Shown piece after piece: positions 9,676 through 19,071 of a stretch of 64,000 bases of DNA. The translations under genes were made by a program, and so were the position numbers. Position 1 is the stretch's first letter. Each line of letters opens with the position of its first letter. This DNA is from Chthonomonas calidirosea (GTDB lineage: Bacteria; Armatimonadota; Fimbriimonadia; Fimbriimonadales; Fimbriimonadaceae), in NCBI GenBank assembly GCA_945859975.1, contig CAMAPH010000003.1, positions 64,001 through 128,000 on the forward strand, in the 5' to 3' direction. The notes below the pieces were generated by a model, which saw only the letters and a program-made list of their open reading frames with translations, did no database searches and was not told where the DNA came from.

Positions 9676-10589
9676 ACGCCGAACCACTCAGCGACGGTCT
9701 TCTCTTCCATCGTCTCCACGTTCACGAGCCGCGCATCCCGCATCGCGTGCTGGCGCTCTTTGAGCGTGGAGAGGGCAGTGAAATTGAAGTCCTTGTCGCG
9801 ACTGTCTCGATATCGCACCTCGACCCAACTTTCTTTGGCGGTCCGAATGGGCAGATCGCCGCGAACGTCTTGCCGCACGAAGAAAGCGTTGTGCCAGCCC
9901 GCGGTACCGACCAGGTCATAGCCTTTCTTCTTTCCGAGGTACTCCATCGCCGCAAGCGAACCGCCGAAACAGAGCCCGGTGAAATGGTTCTTGAAGCGCG
10001 CGAAGTTTGAAGAATAGGCCGGTGTGAGCGGCAAGTCTGGACCGAAGTGGCTTTGGTACTCGACGACCAGAATTCTCGGCGAAACAACGTCAATCGCTTC
10101 CCAGACCCAATAGTCCATGCCGTCGATGTCGACCGACATGAGGCCGATATCTCCCGCGACCGGCTTTAGGAGCTCGTTGATGTTCTCCCGCGTGATCATC
10201 GCTTGCTTAAAGTCGATCGTGTGGCGAATGTGGAGTAGCCGCTCGGCAAAGAACTGCGCCGGAGATGGGTCCATATCGAGGATGTAGCCACGCCAGTTGT
10301 CCTTTTGAAGCAAAAACCGCGTGTTGCTCTCGTCGTAATTGTCGGTACCGAACTCGACAAACAGGTCGTTCTCGATGGGCACGTGGCGGATCAGGTGCTG
10401 GATCACGCCATCCTCTCCAGCCTGGGAAAACGCGCGGAATGCGACTTCTTTCAACGGAGTGTCGGCTGGATAGGCCTGCCGAGACATCTGCACTCCGGCG
10501 AGGAATCTGGCTTCCTCTCTTGCCATCGCAATTTCGTTTTTGATCTCTCGGCTAAAAAAGGTTCGTGCCTGTCTGAGTAAGTTCCGCAT
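9672..10589 (-). CDS. FkbM-like SAM methyltransferase-fold hypothetical protein
   Basis: FSQAGEDGVI, FVEFG, SVDIDGMDYWVW, PRILVVEY; TAATG coupling to the upstream GH65 gene. Confidence 0.65.
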   Translation of the reverse strand: MRNLLRQARTFFSREIKNEIAMAREEARFLAGVQMSRQAYPADTPLKEVAFRAFSQAGEDGVIQHLIRHVPIENDLFVEFGTDNYDESNTRFLLQKDNWRGYILDMDPSPAQFFAERLLHIRHTIDFKQAMITRENINELLKPVAGDIGLMSVDIDGMDYWVWEAIDVVSPRILVVEYQSHFGPDLPLTPAYSSNFARFKNHFTGLCFGGSLAAMEYLGKKKGYDLVGTAGWHNAFFVRQDVRGDLPIRTAKESWVEVRYRDSRDKDFNFTALSTLKERQHAMRDARLVNVETMEEKTVAEWFGV

Positions 10590-12499
10590 TACTTCACCGT
10601 CACCGTTGTCGGCGTCACCAAAACTTCGTGAGGCTTGCCGTCCCAAAACACATTTCGCAGCTTCACCGACTGCCAGCCTTTCGGAAGGCTAGGCGTAATC
10701 GAAAGCGTCGCGCCAGAGTTTAGCCGGGTGACGTAGCCTGGCTTTCGGCCGAACCCAGATGTCGGCTTTGTATCCACCCGAATTCCCACAAATCCGTAAA
10801 GAACCGTCTGCAGCGAGCCTCCGGCGCCGGTCAGGAAGTAGTTCTTTTCGCTCGCTCTCTTTTCGCTGAAGAGCCCAAGCGGGTTATCCGTAAACGGAAC
10901 CACGCCGTTCTTCCAAAACTCGTATGCCTGATCCGGCTCTCCCAGTCGTGCCGCGATCGTCGCGTGGACGGAGTCCGTCATGGCTGGACCGTTCTCCGTG
11001 ACTTTCCCAGAGAATCGATCGAGCATCACCTTCGCCTGCTTCTCGGCAGGTTCATACTGGAGCGGGTAGATCGCAAGAACCGCAGCGGCCTGCTTATAGC
11101 CCCGAAGTGGGTCGCCATCGTAGGTTAGGAACGACGTTTCGTCTTGCGACAGTTTGTACTTTGCGCCGGTGAATCGCTGAGCTAGAACGTTCGTGTACAG
11201 GTCGTTATCGCCCGTGTGGAACTCGTCGGGAGACATCGTCTCCTTGATCTCCGAACCGTTTGGACCGGGCTGGGACCGGGCCGCAAAGAACGCAGCTGTG
11301 CCAACCTTAATCGGCTTGAATTCTTGATTGCTGACAATTCCCAACTGGTTGGCGAGCTCAAGGCCAAACGCAACGCTGCCGGTGATGTGGTCTTCGAACT
11401 TACTCGGACCTGGCACGGTTTCTCGACCCGACACGCTGGATTCCCATGCGAACTTGAGACCGTTCTCCGTCGCGAAGGCTGAGGAAACTTTGCCGGAGGC
11501 AGTTGGTTTTCCTTCTTTCACCCAAGCCTGATAGTTCTTCGCCGCTTGACCAGCCGTATCCAAGCGGTACTTGGCAAGGGCTCTTGCCCGTGCTGGGTCC
11601 ATGAGCGCCACCGCCGGAAGCATCCAAATGTCGGAATCCCAAAAGACGTGCCCGTTGTAAGTCGTCGAGCTCAGCCCCATCGGCCCGGTATGGCCGGATC
11701 GAGTGATTCCCATATTCAGGTAGGTCACCATCCGGTCCACCGTTTCCTGGTCCTCTTTCGGCCCATCAATCTCGATGCTAAACGTCGGCTTTGCAAACCC
11801 CTTTTGCGCGGATTCGATTTTGACGGACCGTTCGAACTTGGCTGGCGCGCCCTTCTTGGCAATCGCCGTCCGTTCCACCGCGCCGGTGACTCGCCTAGAA
11901 ACGCCGGTACTTTCTGCCCCGACGATCAACTCTTCCATTTGAACAAACAGTCGCGGATCGTTTTGGGAGACGAGAACGGCGTAAGAACTTCCATCCGAAC
12001 CGGGCCCTTCAATCCCAATTCCCTCTGTCCTCGAGACGACGATCAACTCTTTATCTGATGCGTTCGAGACTTCCATGGTCTCTTTCAAGGCATCGGGCTC
12101 CGAGGCGTGGGTGATCTTAACCGAGGCTTCGCCCAGCTTCCAAGTCGTGGTCAGGGTCCAGGTTTTAGGGTCGAAGGTCTGGCTCACGTCCGATACGTTC
12201 GCGGCGTCAACCAACGTCTCGCCAAGCTTTAGTGTTTGCTTGAAAGGATTGGGTAACGCGAGAATCTTTTCTTCGCCGCTGGGCTGATAGCCTTGGAAGT
12301 GGAAGAACGGCTGGTCGGTAACGATGCCCAAGGGACCGACCCGGGTGCCAACAAAAGCGTTCGCGATCCATCCGGCCGTCGCGCTCGGGTCCGATGTGCG
12401 CTGCGCGACACCGTTTGTCTCCGCCGAGGTCTCCGTCTTTGGGCCGCCGCAACCGATTGCCGCCACCAGAAGTGCAAGGCCGAGATACCGCTTTTGCAT
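10589..12499 (-). CDS. Glycoside hydrolase family 65 lipoprotein
   Basis: Lipobox MQKRYLGLALLVAAIGC; YNGHVFWDSDIW, MSPDEFH..DNDLYTN, KQAAAVLAIYP, GPAMT, FLTGAGG. Confidence 0.8.
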   Translation of the reverse strand: MQKRYLGLALLVAAIGCGGPKTETSAETNGVAQRTSDPSATAGWIANAFVGTRVGPLGIVTDQPFFHFQGYQPSGEEKILALPNPFKQTLKLGETLVDAANVSDVSQTFDPKTWTLTTTWKLGEASVKITHASEPDALKETMEVSNASDKELIVVSRTEGIGIEGPGSDGSSYAVLVSQNDPRLFVQMEELIVGAESTGVSRRVTGAVERTAIAKKGAPAKFERSVKIESAQKGFAKPTFSIEIDGPKEDQETVDRMVTYLNMGITRSGHTGPMGLSSTTYNGHVFWDSDIWMLPAVALMDPARARALAKYRLDTAGQAAKNYQAWVKEGKPTASGKVSSAFATENGLKFAWESSVSGRETVPGPSKFEDHITGSVAFGLELANQLGIVSNQEFKPIKVGTAAFFAARSQPGPNGSEIKETMSPDEFHTGDNDLYTNVLAQRFTGAKYKLSQDETSFLTYDGDPLRGYKQAAAVLAIYPLQYEPAEKQAKVMLDRFSGKVTENGPAMTDSVHATIAARLGEPDQAYEFWKNGVVPFTDNPLGLFSEKRASEKNYFLTGAGGSLQTVLYGFVGIRVDTKPTSGFGRKPGYVTRLNSGATLSITPSLPKGWQSVKLRNVFWDGKPHEVLVTPTTVTVK

Positions 12500-12524
12500 C
12501 GCAACCTGTATGATAGCCCTGCCG

Positions 12525-14081
12525 ATGGCCGAAATCGAATCTGGCACCCCAACCACCAACGCCCCAAATCCTTGGGGGTTTGTCCCGAGCCTGTACTTTT
12601 TACAGGGGTTGCCCGTCGTCATTGTCCAGACTTTGAGCGTGACGCTTTATAAGACGATGGGCGTGCCTAACGACCAAATCGGCCTTTGGACGAGCCTGAT
12701 CGCCTGGCCCTGGACCGTGAAAATGCTCTGGGGGCCACTGGTAGACAACACTTCCACAAAGCGTGCTTGGATCATTGGAATGCAAGCGCTCATCATGGCC
12801 GCGCTCGGTCTGGTTTCATTTGCCGTACCGACCCCGGCGTTTGTGCCGCTAACCCTCGCCGGCTTCTTCCTCATCGCTTTCCTCAGCGCTACCCACGACA
12901 TCGCCGCCGATGGCTTCTACTTGCTCTCGCTTCGTGAAGACTTGCAAGCCTTCTTTGTCGGTGTGCGCTCAGCATTCTTCCGTCTAGCCATGATTTTCGG
13001 TCCGGGCGTCTTGGTGATCATCGCCGGGCGGATTGCTGATCCAAAGACGGCCACCCGCGCCCAGGTTGCCACGGGCTGGCAGATCGCGCTCTTGATCGGC
13101 ACTGCGATCTACGCACTGGGCTGGCTCTGGCACATGAAAGCATTGCCGCGCCCAGACGGCGACACGCCCCGGGATCGGTTCAATCTTGCCACCGTGGCCC
13201 TTCGGTTTGGACAGGTGCTGCTGATGCTGCTGGCTCTGCTCGTAACAATCCAGTTCCTCGTGCTGGCCTTCAACTTTGCCTTAACTCGACCAATAGATTC
13301 GGTCTTCTGGATGGCGACGGGCGCCGACAACTCGCAGAACTCGTGGCAAATCCCAGTCGGTTTGGTCCTAGTCATTCTCGGCGGACTCTCCACCCGAAAC
13401 ATGTTCGCGAACATCGGAATGGGTCCCGCGGCGAAGGAGTACTTTGGTCAAAACAGAATTCTCGCTGTGCTCGCCTTTATCTTGTTCTATCGCTTTGGCG
13501 AAAGCATGATCGGGAAAATGAGCATCCCCTTTCTGCTCGACCCAATCGAAAAAGGTGGACTTGGCGTGAGCACGGAAATGAATGGCTTGCTCACCGGCAC
13601 CATCGGCGTCATTGCCCTGACGGCAGGTGGCATTCTCGGCGGCACGGTGATCTCTAAGTTCGGCATCAAGAGAAGCATCTGGCCGATGGTGCTATCGCTC
13701 AACTTGCCAAATCTGCTTTACGTTTGGGCGGCATTCACGAAGCCCGGAATAGCGGGCGTTGGAGCCGTGATCGCATTTGACCAGTTCGGATACGGCTTCG
13801 GCTTCAGCGCCTACATGGTCTATCTGATGTTCATCTCGCAGGGATCGAACTTCAAAACGTCGCACTACGCGATCTCAACCGGCTTAATGGCGCTTGGGGC
13901 GATGCTCGCCGGAATCATGAGTGGCTATCTCCAAACCGCGCTCGCGGCGCAGAATCCGAGCATGGGCTACGCCTGGTTCTTTGTCGCGGTGTGCCTATTC
14001 ACGATTCCCGGAATGCTGACGCTCTTCTTCATCCCGATGGACAAAGAAGATCTGAAGGTCGCTCCGGTCGAGATGGACTAA
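12525..14081 (+). CDS. AmpG-family MFS permease
   Basis: PSLYFLQGLP, PWTVKMLWGPLVD, SATHDIAADGFY, FYRFGE, TSHYAISTG. Confidence 0.85.
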   Translation: MAEIESGTPTTNAPNPWGFVPSLYFLQGLPVVIVQTLSVTLYKTMGVPNDQIGLWTSLIAWPWTVKMLWGPLVDNTSTKRAWIIGMQALIMAALGLVSFAVPTPAFVPLTLAGFFLIAFLSATHDIAADGFYLLSLREDLQAFFVGVRSAFFRLAMIFGPGVLVIIAGRIADPKTATRAQVATGWQIALLIGTAIYALGWLWHMKALPRPDGDTPRDRFNLATVALRFGQVLLMLLALLVTIQFLVLAFNFALTRPIDSVFWMATGADNSQNSWQIPVGLVLVILGGLSTRNMFANIGMGPAAKEYFGQNRILAVLAFILFYRFGESMIGKMSIPFLLDPIEKGGLGVSTEMNGLLTGTIGVIALTAGGILGGTVISKFGIKRSIWPMVLSLNLPNLLYVWAAFTKPGIAGVGAVIAFDQFGYGFGFSAYMVYLMFISQGSNFKTSHYAISTGLMALGAMLAGIMSGYLQTALAAQNPSMGYAWFFVAVCLFTIPGMLTLFFIPMDKEDLKVAPVEMD

Positions 14082-14084
14082 CGC

Positions 14085-14681
14085 CTACATCTCGCGACGA
14101 TATTCGAGCGCGCTGAGCAGGGTCGCTGCATCGGCGTAATCCAGCTCACCGCCAACCGCCATGCCCTGGGCCAGTCGGGTGACGCGGATGCCAGAGGGTT
14201 TGAGCAACCGGGCCAGATACAGCGCCGTCGCATCGCCTTCGATCGTTGGATTGGTCGCCAGGATCAGTTCGTGAACGGAAGAATCTTGAAGCCGCTGGAT
14301 GAGCTCGCGAATGCGAAGCTGCTCCGGGCCGATGCCGTCCATCGGGTTCATGAGGCCATGCAGCACGTGATACAGCCCCTTAAACTCGTTGATCCGCTCG
14401 ATGGCGGCGATGTCACGGGCTTCCGCAACTACGCAGATGATGGAACCGTCTCGACGGCCGTCACGGCAGATGTCGCACTCCGGCTGCTCCGAGATGTTCT
14501 GACACTTCAAGCAAAAGCGCAGCTTGACCTTCGCGTCGCGAATGGAATCGGCGAGCCTCTGCGCATCGGCATCTGAACCCTTCAAAAGGTGAAAGGCCAG
14601 ACGTTGTGCGGACTTAGGTCCGACCCCTGGAAGCTTCTCCAGTTCTGCGATGAGATCGCCCAGGGGCCGAGGAAACAGCAC
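14085..14681 (-). CDS. recR: Recombination mediator RecR
   Basis: LPGVGPKSAQRLA HhH, CxxC..CxxC, YHVLHG, ATNPTIEGDATA Toprim. Confidence 0.97.
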   Translation of the reverse strand: MLFPRPLGDLIAELEKLPGVGPKSAQRLAFHLLKGSDADAQRLADSIRDAKVKLRFCLKCQNISEQPECDICRDGRRDGSIICVVAEARDIAAIERINEFKGLYHVLHGLMNPMDGIGPEQLRIRELIQRLQDSSVHELILATNPTIEGDATALYLARLLKPSGIRVTRLAQGMAVGGELDYADAATLLSALEYRREM

Positions 14682-15017
14682 TTAGCCGGAAAGTCCCGGA
14701 ATATCGGGCACGTTTGGAAGGATGCCTTGCACCCGGTTGTTGCGAAGCTCGGTGGCGATATCGAATCCGGTTCGGACCGCGCCAACGATCAAATCTTCCA
14801 ACGCTTCAACGTCCTCTGGATCAACAACGGCGGGGTCAAGCTTGATGGTGAGCAGCTGGCCGGTGCCATCAAACAGCGCCTTTACCGGGCCGCGGTCGAC
14901 GGGGATTCGCTCGTTGGCAAGCTCGGCTTCAAGGGTCTGAGCCTTAGCCATGGCGTCCTGCATCTGCTTCATCACGCCGCCAAAGCCCTGCGGGCCAAAA
15001 TTCTTGGGCAGTTTCAT
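14682..15017 (-). CDS. ybaB: YbaB/EbfC nucleoid-associated protein
   Basis: MKQMQDAM...VVDPEDVEALEDLIVGA; lies between dnaX and recR. Confidence 0.92.
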   Translation of the reverse strand: MKLPKNFGPQGFGGVMKQMQDAMAKAQTLEAELANERIPVDRGPVKALFDGTGQLLTIKLDPAVVDPEDVEALEDLIVGAVRTGFDIATELRNNRVQGILPNVPDIPGLSG

Positions 15018-16624
15018 TACGGTTTTGCCTCCGGGGTATCCGTTTGGAACGTCTCGCGAACGAGTTGCGCCAACTTGTCCCCTTCGTATGGCAATTCTAC
15101 CGTTGAGTTCACATCTTGGCTGCTATGATTCCGCTTGCCAACCCGAAACTCGACGCGCATCGGGGAGCCAACGAGCTTGGTGAGCTGGTCATTGATGTAG
15201 CCTTCGCGCTTGGCGTTCTCCTTAAACCAGTCCACATCGAACTTGCGCGGATGCTCAAGTACGAGGTTTTCACCTTCGATGGTGATGGCCGACACGCCGT
15301 TCAGTTTCTTTTTGTGAGCGACTTCCGGGAGGACACGAAGAAGCTCTGCAAGTAATCCCTCAGCCGAGCTGAGATCTGCCGGCACAACCGGCGCAGTCGC
15401 CACACCAACTTCAGCGGCGGGCTCTTGGACAACTGGAGTTGCAGGAGATGCCGGGGCCACCTCAACCGGTTTAGCCGCCGGTTTTGTAGCGGCCGGAGTG
15501 GGGGCAGGAGCAGGAACAGCCGCTACAACCGCAACCGGTGCCGCACCCGCGTGTTGCGCCAATCGAACGAGTTCAGATTCCAACCAAAGCCGCGGCAAGG
15601 AAATATCGCGAATGACCTTGTGCGCCTCGGCGAACGAAGACCGAAGCCAGAGCAGCGAATCGCGCCCGAGCTGGACGCTGACGTCGTGCATCGATGCCTC
15701 ACGGGTGGCGTCCGGGTCGCGATCAATCTGATAGCTTGCGCGGGTTAGGTCGGAGAGCCGGTAAAGCGCGGATTCCAAAATCGCTCGAGGATCTCGCCCG
15801 GCACGGGTCATGTCCTCAACGAGCTTAATGACGCCAACGACGTCGTTCGCTTTGATAGCAAGCAGGAGTCGATCCGTACTTTCCTCGGGCACCAAGCCGA
15901 GTTGGTCGTAAACCGCTTGAAGCGTGATCTTGCCGTTGGTAGCGACAATCGCCTGCTCTAGCAGGGTCAACGCATCTCGGTATCCGCCGTCGGCCATTCG
16001 GGCGATAGCCGTCACGGCCCCGGGTTCAATTGAGATCCCTTCTTGCTCGGCAACATAACTCAGCCGCGAAACCAAGTCGGCCATTGAGGCCCGGTGAAAC
16101 TCGTACTTTTGGCAGCGAGAGCGGATCGTCGGCGGAACCTTGTTGAACTCCGTGGTCGCAAGAATAAAGACCAGGTGCGCCGGCGGCTCTTCGATGGTTT
16201 TGAGCAAGGCATCAAACGCCGAACGGCTGAGGTCGTGGACTTCGTCGATGATGAAGATGCGGTACCGCGCGATCATCGGTCGGTATTCAGCCACTTCGAC
16301 GATCTTCTCTCGGACCGAATCAACTCCCGACTCCGAAGCGGCGTCTAGCTCGACAACATCAACGCAAGAGCCCTCGGCGATGCTCTTACAAATCGGATCA
16401 TCATCGCTTGGGTTCGGCGTCGGTCCATCGGTCGCGCAGAGGGCCTTTGCTAGCAGTCGTGCGGTCGATGTCTTTCCGGTCCCACGAGGACCCGTGAATA
16501 AATAAGCGTGCGAGATTCGGCCCGAAGTGATGCCGTTCTGGAGGGTGCGAATCACATGGTCCTGCCCAATCAGATCGTTAAAGGTCTGGCTGCGGTATTT
16601 GCGGTAGAGGGAAACCGTGCTCAA
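15017..16624 (-). CDS. dnaX: DNA polymerase III subunit gamma/tau
   Basis: LYRKYRSQTF, GPRGTGKTS, IIDEVH, TIRSRCQ, Ala/Pro linker. Confidence 0.96.
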   Translation of the reverse strand: MSTVSLYRKYRSQTFNDLIGQDHVIRTLQNGITSGRISHAYLFTGPRGTGKTSTARLLAKALCATDGPTPNPSDDDPICKSIAEGSCVDVVELDAASESGVDSVREKIVEVAEYRPMIARYRIFIIDEVHDLSRSAFDALLKTIEEPPAHLVFILATTEFNKVPPTIRSRCQKYEFHRASMADLVSRLSYVAEQEGISIEPGAVTAIARMADGGYRDALTLLEQAIVATNGKITLQAVYDQLGLVPEESTDRLLLAIKANDVVGVIKLVEDMTRAGRDPRAILESALYRLSDLTRASYQIDRDPDATREASMHDVSVQLGRDSLLWLRSSFAEAHKVIRDISLPRLWLESELVRLAQHAGAAPVAVVAAVPAPAPTPAATKPAAKPVEVAPASPATPVVQEPAAEVGVATAPVVPADLSSAEGLLAELLRVLPEVAHKKKLNGVSAITIEGENLVLEHPRKFDVDWFKENAKREGYINDQLTKLVGSPMRVEFRVGKRNHSSQDVNSTVELPYEGDKLAQLVRETFQTDTPEAKP

Positions 16625-16659
16625 TGGAAGAACCTGACCGAAGGGCTAACGCGAGAGTA

Positions 16660-16751
16660 CCGGGAAGAATGCGTCGCACGGAGAATCGACTTACCGTTGC
16701 TACCTTCCGATCCTGGCGGAGTTCACCAACCTGCCGCCGCGCAGTTCCCGG
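16660..16751 (-). ncRNA. ffs: Signal recognition particle RNA (small SRP, 4.5S)
   Basis: Minus strand CCGGGAA...CCGCCAGGATCGGAAGGTAGCAACGG...TTCCCGG: CAGG-GGAA-AGCA domain IV and closing stem, upstream of dnaX; -10 TACCTT just upstream. Ends approximate. Confidence 0.9.
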
Positions 16752-16919
16752 CTCAAAGAAGGTACCCCGAACGGCTAAATCCTCGGGAACTCGTACCTAT
16801 GTTTTCCCGTTACCGTGCAAGTGGCGGAACCTAGTATGTCGACGGCCTAGATTTAGGAATCGTCCCGCATAATGCAAACGGGTTTGTCGTAGAACCTCGG
16901 GGAAAGGGAGAACGGGAAT

Positions 16920-17870
16920 TTGGAGATCACAGAAGTTTCGCGTCTAGCAAGCAAGATCGTCGCCGCCGTAGAGACGGCCATCGTAGGTAAGCGAGAAACG
17001 GTTGAACGCTCGGTTCTCACCATGTTGTGCGGAGGGCACTTGTTGCTCGAAGACATTCCCGGCGTCGGAAAAACAACGCTCGCCAAGGCGCTTTCACGAG
17101 CCATCGGCGGCGAATTCCGCCGTGTGCAGTTCACGCCCGACCTCCTCCCGAGCGACGTTACCGGAAGCTCCATCTTCAACCAGAAGACATCGGAGTTCGA
17201 GTTCCGCCCCGGCCCTATTTTTGGAAACGTCGTCTTGGCGGATGAAATCAACCGCGCCACGCCGAAGACGCAAAGCTCGCTTCTGGAAGCCATGGAAGAG
17301 CGACAGGTCTCGCTAGACGGCGAGCCCCGAATGCTGCCGAATCCGTTCTTCGTCCTTGCCACGCAGAACAACCTAGAAATGACCGGCACCTATCCGTTGC
17401 CGGAAGCCCAGCTCGACCGATTCTTTGCCCGACTTTCCCTGGGCTACCCCGACAAAGCTGGAGAAATCGCCGTCCTGTCATCCCAGCAGAAGCACCACCC
17501 GGTCGACGATATTGTGCCCGTGGTGAGCCTCGAAGAAATGATCGCGATGCAAGAAGCGGTTCGAACCGTGTTCGTCCACGAAAAGCTGAAGGAGTACGTC
17601 GTTGACGTCGTCCGAGCCACCCGGGAAAGCACCCAGTTGCTCATGGGTGCCTCGCCTCGTGGATCGCTCCACCTCATGCGCGCCGCCCAGGCTGCCGCCG
17701 CGATGGCCGGAGAAACCCAGGTTCGCCCCGAGCACGTGAAGTCCCTTGCGCCGGCCGTTCTGGCTCACCGAGTGATTGCACGAGCCGAACTTAGAAGTCA
17801 GGGCATTACGCCAGAAATGGCGATCATCAAGATGCTCGACAGCGTTCCTGCCCCGGTTCCTGTGAACTAA
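16920..17870 (+). CDS. MoxR-family AAA+ ATPase
   Basis: LLEDIPGVGKT, RVQFTPDLLPSDVTG, LADEINRATPKTQSSLLEAMEE, YPLPEAQLDRF. Confidence 0.95.
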   Translation: MEITEVSRLASKIVAAVETAIVGKRETVERSVLTMLCGGHLLLEDIPGVGKTTLAKALSRAIGGEFRRVQFTPDLLPSDVTGSSIFNQKTSEFEFRPGPIFGNVVLADEINRATPKTQSSLLEAMEERQVSLDGEPRMLPNPFFVLATQNNLEMTGTYPLPEAQLDRFFARLSLGYPDKAGEIAVLSSQQKHHPVDDIVPVVSLEEMIAMQEAVRTVFVHEKLKEYVVDVVRATRESTQLLMGASPRGSLHLMRAAQAAAAMAGETQVRPEHVKSLAPAVLAHRVIARAELRSQGITPEMAIIKMLDSVPAPVPVN

Positions 17871-17874
17871 ACAA

Positions 17875-19071
17875 ATGCGAAACGTCGCCGGATTCTCGCT
17901 CACGCTGGCTTCCATTTTCCTTGCGGTGGTGGCGGTGCTCATTCAAGCGCCGTCGCTCTTCTACATGGGAACGGCCCTGTTTGCGACTATCGGCGGCAGC
18001 AACTTGCAGGCATGGCTAGCAGTACGCGGTCTGCGCTTCGAGCGAATCGCGCCGAGTTCGGTTCGGATTGGCGACTTGGTCACGATCGAAATCGCGATAT
18101 GGAGCGAACGCCGTATCCGCCGCCCACTCATTTCGGTGCTCGACAAGTTGCCGGGCCGACTGCGGGTGCAGAGCCTGACTCCCAGCCTTCCCGTTGCACC
18201 GGCCTTTGATACGCCCATCGTCACGCAGTACCAATTTCGCGCTCTTCGGCGCGGTCGGTATCGCTGGAGCGGACTTACCGTCTCCGGAACCGACGCCCTC
18301 GGCCTCGTGACCAAAAAGAAGGATTACGAGACGGAGACGACGGAGATCACGATTGTCCCACGTCCGATTCCGGTCTCAATCGAACTGCCCGTCGCCGCCG
18401 GGTGGGGCATAAGCGAAGCCGAAAGCGGCCAAACCCGCGGCGCAGGAATTGAACCTCGCGGTATTCGCGAATACTCGCACGGCGACTCCCTCCGGCACGT
18501 TCACTGGCGCTCCACCGCCCGAACCGGTCGCCTGCTGGTGAAAGAATTTGAAGCCGGTACTCACGCCGCCGCCGCATTCCTGTTCCAACGAACAAGGGGT
18601 ACCGACCTGGCCAGCGATTCTATCGGCTCGCTCGATATGATGTGCGGACACGTACTTTTCCTGGCCGATATGTTCATCCAGCAAGGCGCGCGAGTGGAAC
18701 TTCCGGGCTTGGACAATGCCGCGAGCCACTTGTTGCCAACCGAGCGAATTCGGGAAATCAGCGAAGTGCTCGCGACCATTGCCGACGACTCCGGTTCGAC
18801 CGTCAGCGAGGAACTCGCTCGAACCGATGGCCAATTGCCGCCGGGCTCGGTTGTGTTTGTACTGCTTTCGGTCGCGGACCCGAACTTAGCCGGAATCATG
18901 CCTCGGCTCGCCGTTCGAGGCACGACGATTGTCCCGTTACTCTATGATGCCCACGGGTTCGATCCGAAGTTTAAAGGGGTCAGCGCCACCAACCCGGACT
19001 TTATTGCCGGTCTCCGCGCCGGCGGGGCTAGCCCGTTTGTGATGCCAATCGACGGAGGGGAATATGCTTAA
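17875..19071 (+). CDS. DUF58 domain protein
   Basis: RGIREYSHGDSLRHVHWRSTARTGRLLVKEFE; N-terminal TM. Confidence 0.9.
   Translation: MRNVAGFSLTLASIFLAVVAVLIQAPSLFYMGTALFATIGGSNLQAWLAVRGLRFERIAPSSVRIGDLVTIEIAIWSERRIRRPLISVLDKLPGRLRVQSLTPSLPVAPAFDTPIVTQYQFRALRRGRYRWSGLTVSGTDALGLVTKKKDYETETTEITIVPRPIPVSIELPVAAGWGISEAESGQTRGAGIEPRGIREYSHGDSLRHVHWRSTARTGRLLVKEFEAGTHAAAAFLFQRTRGTDLASDSIGSLDMMCGHVLFLADMFIQQGARVELPGLDNAASHLLPTERIREISEVLATIADDSGSTVSEELARTDGQLPPGSVVFVLLSVADPNLAGIMPRLAVRGTTIVPLLYDAHGFDPKFKGVSATNPDFIAGLRAGGASPFVMPIDGGEYA

Noticed and set aside
15302..15319. dnaX programmed -1 frameshift site
   Set aside because: The A-run reads C AAA AAG, not the A AAA AAG slippery heptamer, and I could not support a stimulatory hairpin.
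16753..16919. Possible riboswitch or sRNA between ffs and moxR
   Set aside because: Only short, weak inverted repeats and promoter-like hexamers; no recognisable RNA motif.
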